Shown here: positions 58,739 through 61,918 of the stretch, piece by piece
How the letters are laid out: the number at the start of each line of letters is the position of its first letter
How positions within the stretch are numbered: the stretch's first letter is position 1
Assembly (NCBI GenBank): GCA_902559415.1
Contig: CACEHW010000002.1
Location: 1 to 61,918, forward strand
Origin: an uncultured Fidelibacterota bacterium
Lineage (GTDB): Bacteria; Fidelibacterota; Marinisomatia; Marinisomatales; UBA1611
Reading direction: 5' to 3'
DNA: 61,918 bases
Program-made: the position numbers and the translations under genes
Notes under the pieces: generated by a model
The model's database searches: none
What the model saw: the letters and a program-made list of their open reading frames with translations, nothing else
What the model was told of the DNA's origin: nothing

Positions 58739-59475
58739 TATTCTTTGTTTTCAGAGAACCTTAATGTTAAATCATTTACAAGATCTTCTTGAACAATATA
58801 TTCCTTACCTCTAGTAAGCCAATGTTTTTCAGCTTTTTTAACGCTTCCTTCTCTAAGGTAGGACTGAATGACCTCATAATGAGTATTTTCAACAATGTCA
58901 GTATCATAGTATTGCTCAAGCACCTGATCAAAAGACATTCTGGCAGGCTCAAATTCATCTAATTTCATGTAAAGAATGCCCGTTTCATATAATTTTTTTG
59001 CAAGTTTATTCCTTAATGCACCCATTGATTCGGTAACAACTAGACTGTGTTCAGAATCTGGAAAATCATCTAAAAATTCCCGATATCTCTCCAACGCCTT
59101 TTCTGTATATGATTGGTCATTATAATAATTAGGGCTTTCAATTCTATAAGCTTCACAAATTCGAAATCTTGCTTTTTCAAAGAAAGGACTATATGACATT
59201 TTTCGAGTTAAGTTTTCGTATTCTTGAATAGATAATATATACTGCTCATTAAGAAAATAAGATTCAGCTAAAAAGAATTGAGCATCGTCACCGTAGTCTG
59301 TGCCAGTACCTCTAGATAAAATAAATTGAAACTCTTCCTGAGCTTTAACGTATTTTTCTTGATCTAAAAAATCCATGCCAGTTTTTAAATGATCTGCCAA
59401 AGGAATACTAACATCAGGAAGAGATGATGAACATCCAATTAAGAATAATAAAGAAGTTAAATATATGTTTTTCAT
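58738..59475 (-). CDS. bamD: Outer membrane protein assembly factor BamD-like TPR lipoprotein
   Basis: Lipobox LLFLIGCSS and TPR-like helices. Size and position upstream of nadD fit, with TAATG overlaps on both sides. Confidence 0.65.
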   Translation of the reverse strand: MKNIYLTSLLFLIGCSSSLPDVSIPLADHLKTGMDFLDQEKYVKAQEEFQFILSRGTGTDYGDDAQFFLAESYFLNEQYILSIQEYENLTRKMSYSPFFEKARFRICEAYRIESPNYYNDQSYTEKALERYREFLDDFPDSEHSLVVTESMGALRNKLAKKLYETGILYMKLDEFEPARMSFDQVLEQYYDTDIVENTHYEVIQSYLREGSVKKAEKHWLTRGKEYIVQEDLVNDLTLRFSENKE

Positions 59476-60401
59476 TAAAAATTTACTTGAAAAGATAAAC
59501 CACCAACACCATAAGAATTACTTGGATTAAATAATAATCCTAGGTCAAGATCTACTTTTTTAGCATCCTCTCCACTTTTTTCGTTTTTTATACTACGATT
59601 TGCCCAAACAGCTTCTAGTCCACTAATGACATGATTAAACATCATAGCGCTGATACTAAATTTAGCAAAAGAAAGCCATTGGTTTGATTTATAACGATCA
59701 TCAAGATAACTTTGTTTCATTGGAGTCTTTATGACTATTTCTGTGCTATCACCGACATCTTTCTCTTCCCAATACCAGCTTGTAGAAACATCCGACCACC
59801 CTCCAACAAACTGATCATATTTCCCGATATTTTCATAATAATGTCTATCTTTTACCATACTAAGATCATCGCTATCTAAATAACCTGATAAAATTGAAAG
59901 ACTATCAGAAGTTAAGAATTCAGTATTGAACAGATTTACTAAATCACCTTTTAAATGTATTGTAAGGTGGTGAGTTCCAACATAATCTCTCATGGCTTTT
60001 AATTTATTATCAGTAAAAAATAAACCGTTATTTTCAATTACCTCTGGACCAGATTGAGTGAAATTCCACCAATCTTTCACATTCCAGTTTTCATCAGCAA
60101 ATTTTTGATAATCCATTCGAATTTCATCTGCTTTTTTATTAGCATACATAATACTCGTTATACTTACAATTTCAGTTGCAATGAAAATACCAGGCTTCCA
60201 GATTGGCTCTTTGTTATATACTTGACCCAGGCCAGGAACAACTAATGATAACAAAAGAGGTTTTCCAGGATAGAATGTAGAGTCTTTTTCTACAACCAAT
60301 TTTGTAGAGTCTTGTCCAAATAGAACCATACTTAAACTTAAAAATAATATAAATCTAGAAATCAAATAAGAGCCTAAAATATGTTCTGTATTCCTTACCA
60401 T
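59475..60401 (-). CDS. DUF5683-like envelope protein
   Basis: VVPGLGQVYNKEPIWKPGIF matches the DUF5683 pattern as I recall it. It ends GLSFQVNF. The start is uncertain because of a 47-nt overlap with the upstream ORF. Confidence 0.5.
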   Translation of the reverse strand: MVRNTEHILGSYLISRFILFLSLSMVLFGQDSTKLVVEKDSTFYPGKPLLLSLVVPGLGQVYNKEPIWKPGIFIATEIVSITSIMYANKKADEIRMDYQKFADENWNVKDWWNFTQSGPEVIENNGLFFTDNKLKAMRDYVGTHHLTIHLKGDLVNLFNTEFLTSDSLSILSGYLDSDDLSMVKDRHYYENIGKYDQFVGGWSDVSTSWYWEEKDVGDSTEIVIKTPMKQSYLDDRYKSNQWLSFAKFSISAMMFNHVISGLEAVWANRSIKNEKSGEDAKKVDLDLGLLFNPSNSYGVGGLSFQVNF

Positions 60402-61918
60402 AAGAATATAATTCTCCTTTAATAGTTCTGTTAAATTTAGTTAATCCTTTGTGAATCTCTAGCTCAATTGCAGTGGGGTAATTATAGAATGAAAAACCAT
60501 TAATTCGCCATTGTAGGCCAGCAGACTTTTTCCACATTTGATCATCCTTATCGCGCCATGCATCACCGAATTGAAAGATCGCTCCAATTACACTATTCTG
60601 CATAATAAACCATCCAAACTTAACGTGTTTTTCCCTTAATATAGGATACCTCAATGATAAATCTACTAGGGCAGTCCTTGTACCTTCTATACCATAAAAT
60701 GGATAACCTTTGAGACCGCTCATTCCTCCATTAAAAAAATGAAAGAAGGAATCGACTTTTGTATTTGTTATATATCCACCATTTAAATGAATACTAGTTG
60801 TCAATCTTTCTACCCAAGGTAACTCATAGTGGAAAGCAAGGTCACCTTGCAATCTAACTAGATTATTATCTTTAAAATTCTCAACCAATGTTCCAGCATC
60901 AGATAGATCAAGACCTTCAATAAATTTATTTTTTTCAAAATCAAATTTTGCTGCTACTTTAAATCCATTTGAAGGATTTATTCCTCCATCAAGGCGAGGT
61001 TTTATCACATCTAGTTTCCAATCAAAATTTAATGATACACCATTGTAATAATCGTAAGCTACTCCAGCTTCTATATTCTCAGAAGGAAGCGACTCACTTA
61101 CGAAAGCTCTATATCTTTGTAATGAACTAAAAATTTCTATGCTGCTTCCATAAAAGGGAAATCTAATGCCAGGTCGGAATAATAACATCCTAAATTTGAT
61201 ATCACTATCTATCTGGTAAATATCTTGATACTGAGTTTTATCAGAGGTATTTCGTGTTAAATAAAAGGTCTCAAAAAATACAGTAGGATACAAACGATTA
61301 AACTCAAAAATAAAAAATAAGTCAGTGTCCATTAAACTATTTAATGACATCCCACCAAATAAACTCAATCTCTCTAAAATCTCACTTGAATAGAAATAAA
61401 ATCCAGGTTTCGCGGTTCCATATTCATACATCAGTTTTGGCATAATAAACATATTCGGAAACTGATCAACATATTTATCGGATTTGGTTGTGTCTAAAGA
61501 GGTTATGGGTTCTGATAAATTCTCATTTTTTTTATAATATGTTTTAGAGTAACCAACCAAGTCATCGTCTATGATCTTTACAGTATCTATAACCGCTATT
61601 TTATAGCCACCATCTTTGTACAATGAGTATAAAACTCTACCATCACTATTAATATTTGGCATAAATGAGCCACCAAAAACGTTAGTAATATATCCCTGCA
61701 CACCATTTTTTTCATCAATCATATATAAATTAAAAATACCACTTTTATCATCAGCATAAATGAGAGCACCATCTTTTGAAAAAGTTACATTACGTTCATC
61801 CCATAGGTCATTATTTAAAACCATCTTGTATGTTGAATCATCTAAGGATATCTTTGCAATATCTCTGTAATGATGGAATGATATATCGAAATACAAACTA
61901 TTATCGAAATAATTATAT
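60355..61918 (-). CDS. PD40/TolB-like beta-propeller repeat protein with a beta-barrel-like C-terminal region; probably 5'-truncated by the window edge
   Basis: DGALIYADDKSGIFNLYMID and DGRVLYSLYKDGGYKIAVID (PD40-like blades). It ends YFRLLFDF. The frame stays open from 61896 to the window end, so the real start may lie outside the window. Confidence 0.45.
   Translation of the reverse strand, partial: YNYFDNSLYFDISFHHYRDIAKISLDDSTYKMVLNNDLWDERNVTFSKDGALIYADDKSGIFNLYMIDEKNGVQGYITNVFGGSFMPNINSDGRVLYSLYKDGGYKIAVIDTVKIIDDDLVGYSKTYYKKNENLSEPITSLDTTKSDKYVDQFPNMFIMPKLMYEYGTAKPGFYFYSSEILERLSLFGGMSLNSLMDTDLFFIFEFNRLYPTVFFETFYLTRNTSDKTQYQDIYQIDSDIKFRMLLFRPGIRFPFYGSSIEIFSSLQRYRAFVSESLPSENIEAGVAYDYYNGVSLNFDWKLDVIKPRLDGGINPSNGFKVAAKFDFEKNKFIEGLDLSDAGTLVENFKDNNLVRLQGDLAFHYELPWVERLTTSIHLNGGYITNTKVDSFFHFFNGGMSGLKGYPFYGIEGTRTALVDLSLRYPILREKHVKFGWFIMQNSVIGAIFQFGDAWRDKDDQMWKKSAGLQWRINGFSFYNYPTAIELEIHKGLTKFNRTIKGELYSYGKEYRTYFRLLFDF

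Overview
This is an AT-rich bacterial window of about 62 kb, densely coding and mostly on the minus strand. I saw no rRNA, CRISPR array, transposase or integrase. The three conserved NYPNPFNP-type T9SS C-terminal sorting domains, BamD and a DUF5683-like protein suggest a marine FCB-superphylum organism; this taxonomy is inference only.

Layout:
- 1..2471: a truncated secreted beta-helix protein.
- 2576..6689: a translationally coupled 5-gene operon (PNPOx-like, CrtC/AttH-like lipoprotein, ABC ATPase, ABC-2 permease, LolA-like).
- 8131..11631: acetoacetyl-CoA synthetase, a methyltransferase and a fatty-acid hydroxylase.
- 11643..23006: two very large T9SS-sorted adhesin-like proteins (1183 aa and 2581 aa).
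- 23175..39788: a mosaic accessory stretch.
- 39886..61918: mostly housekeeping genes (nth, ppc, hpf, tRNA-Ser, obg, icd, coaD, rsmD, dnaJ-grpE, ftsEX, CaCA exchanger, nadD, bamD).

Most unusual signals:
- Five dispersed paralogs share a conserved N-terminal M-x-x-Y-[FL]-x-G-[FI] hydrophobic anchor. Four of them sit next to DNA-damage or DNA-end processing enzymes.
- A tight operon encodes a DUF1543-like protein, one anchor-family member, a PD-(D/E)XK nuclease and a Cas4/AddB-like Fe-S nuclease, next to an SPL-family radical SAM operon.
- A 100-aa protein carries an SSB-type DDDLPF tail.
- A relic of a T9SS C-terminal domain lies in an intergenic spacer.
- The giant genes show domain nesting and module duplication.

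All functional calls come from motif reading by eye. No database search was run.
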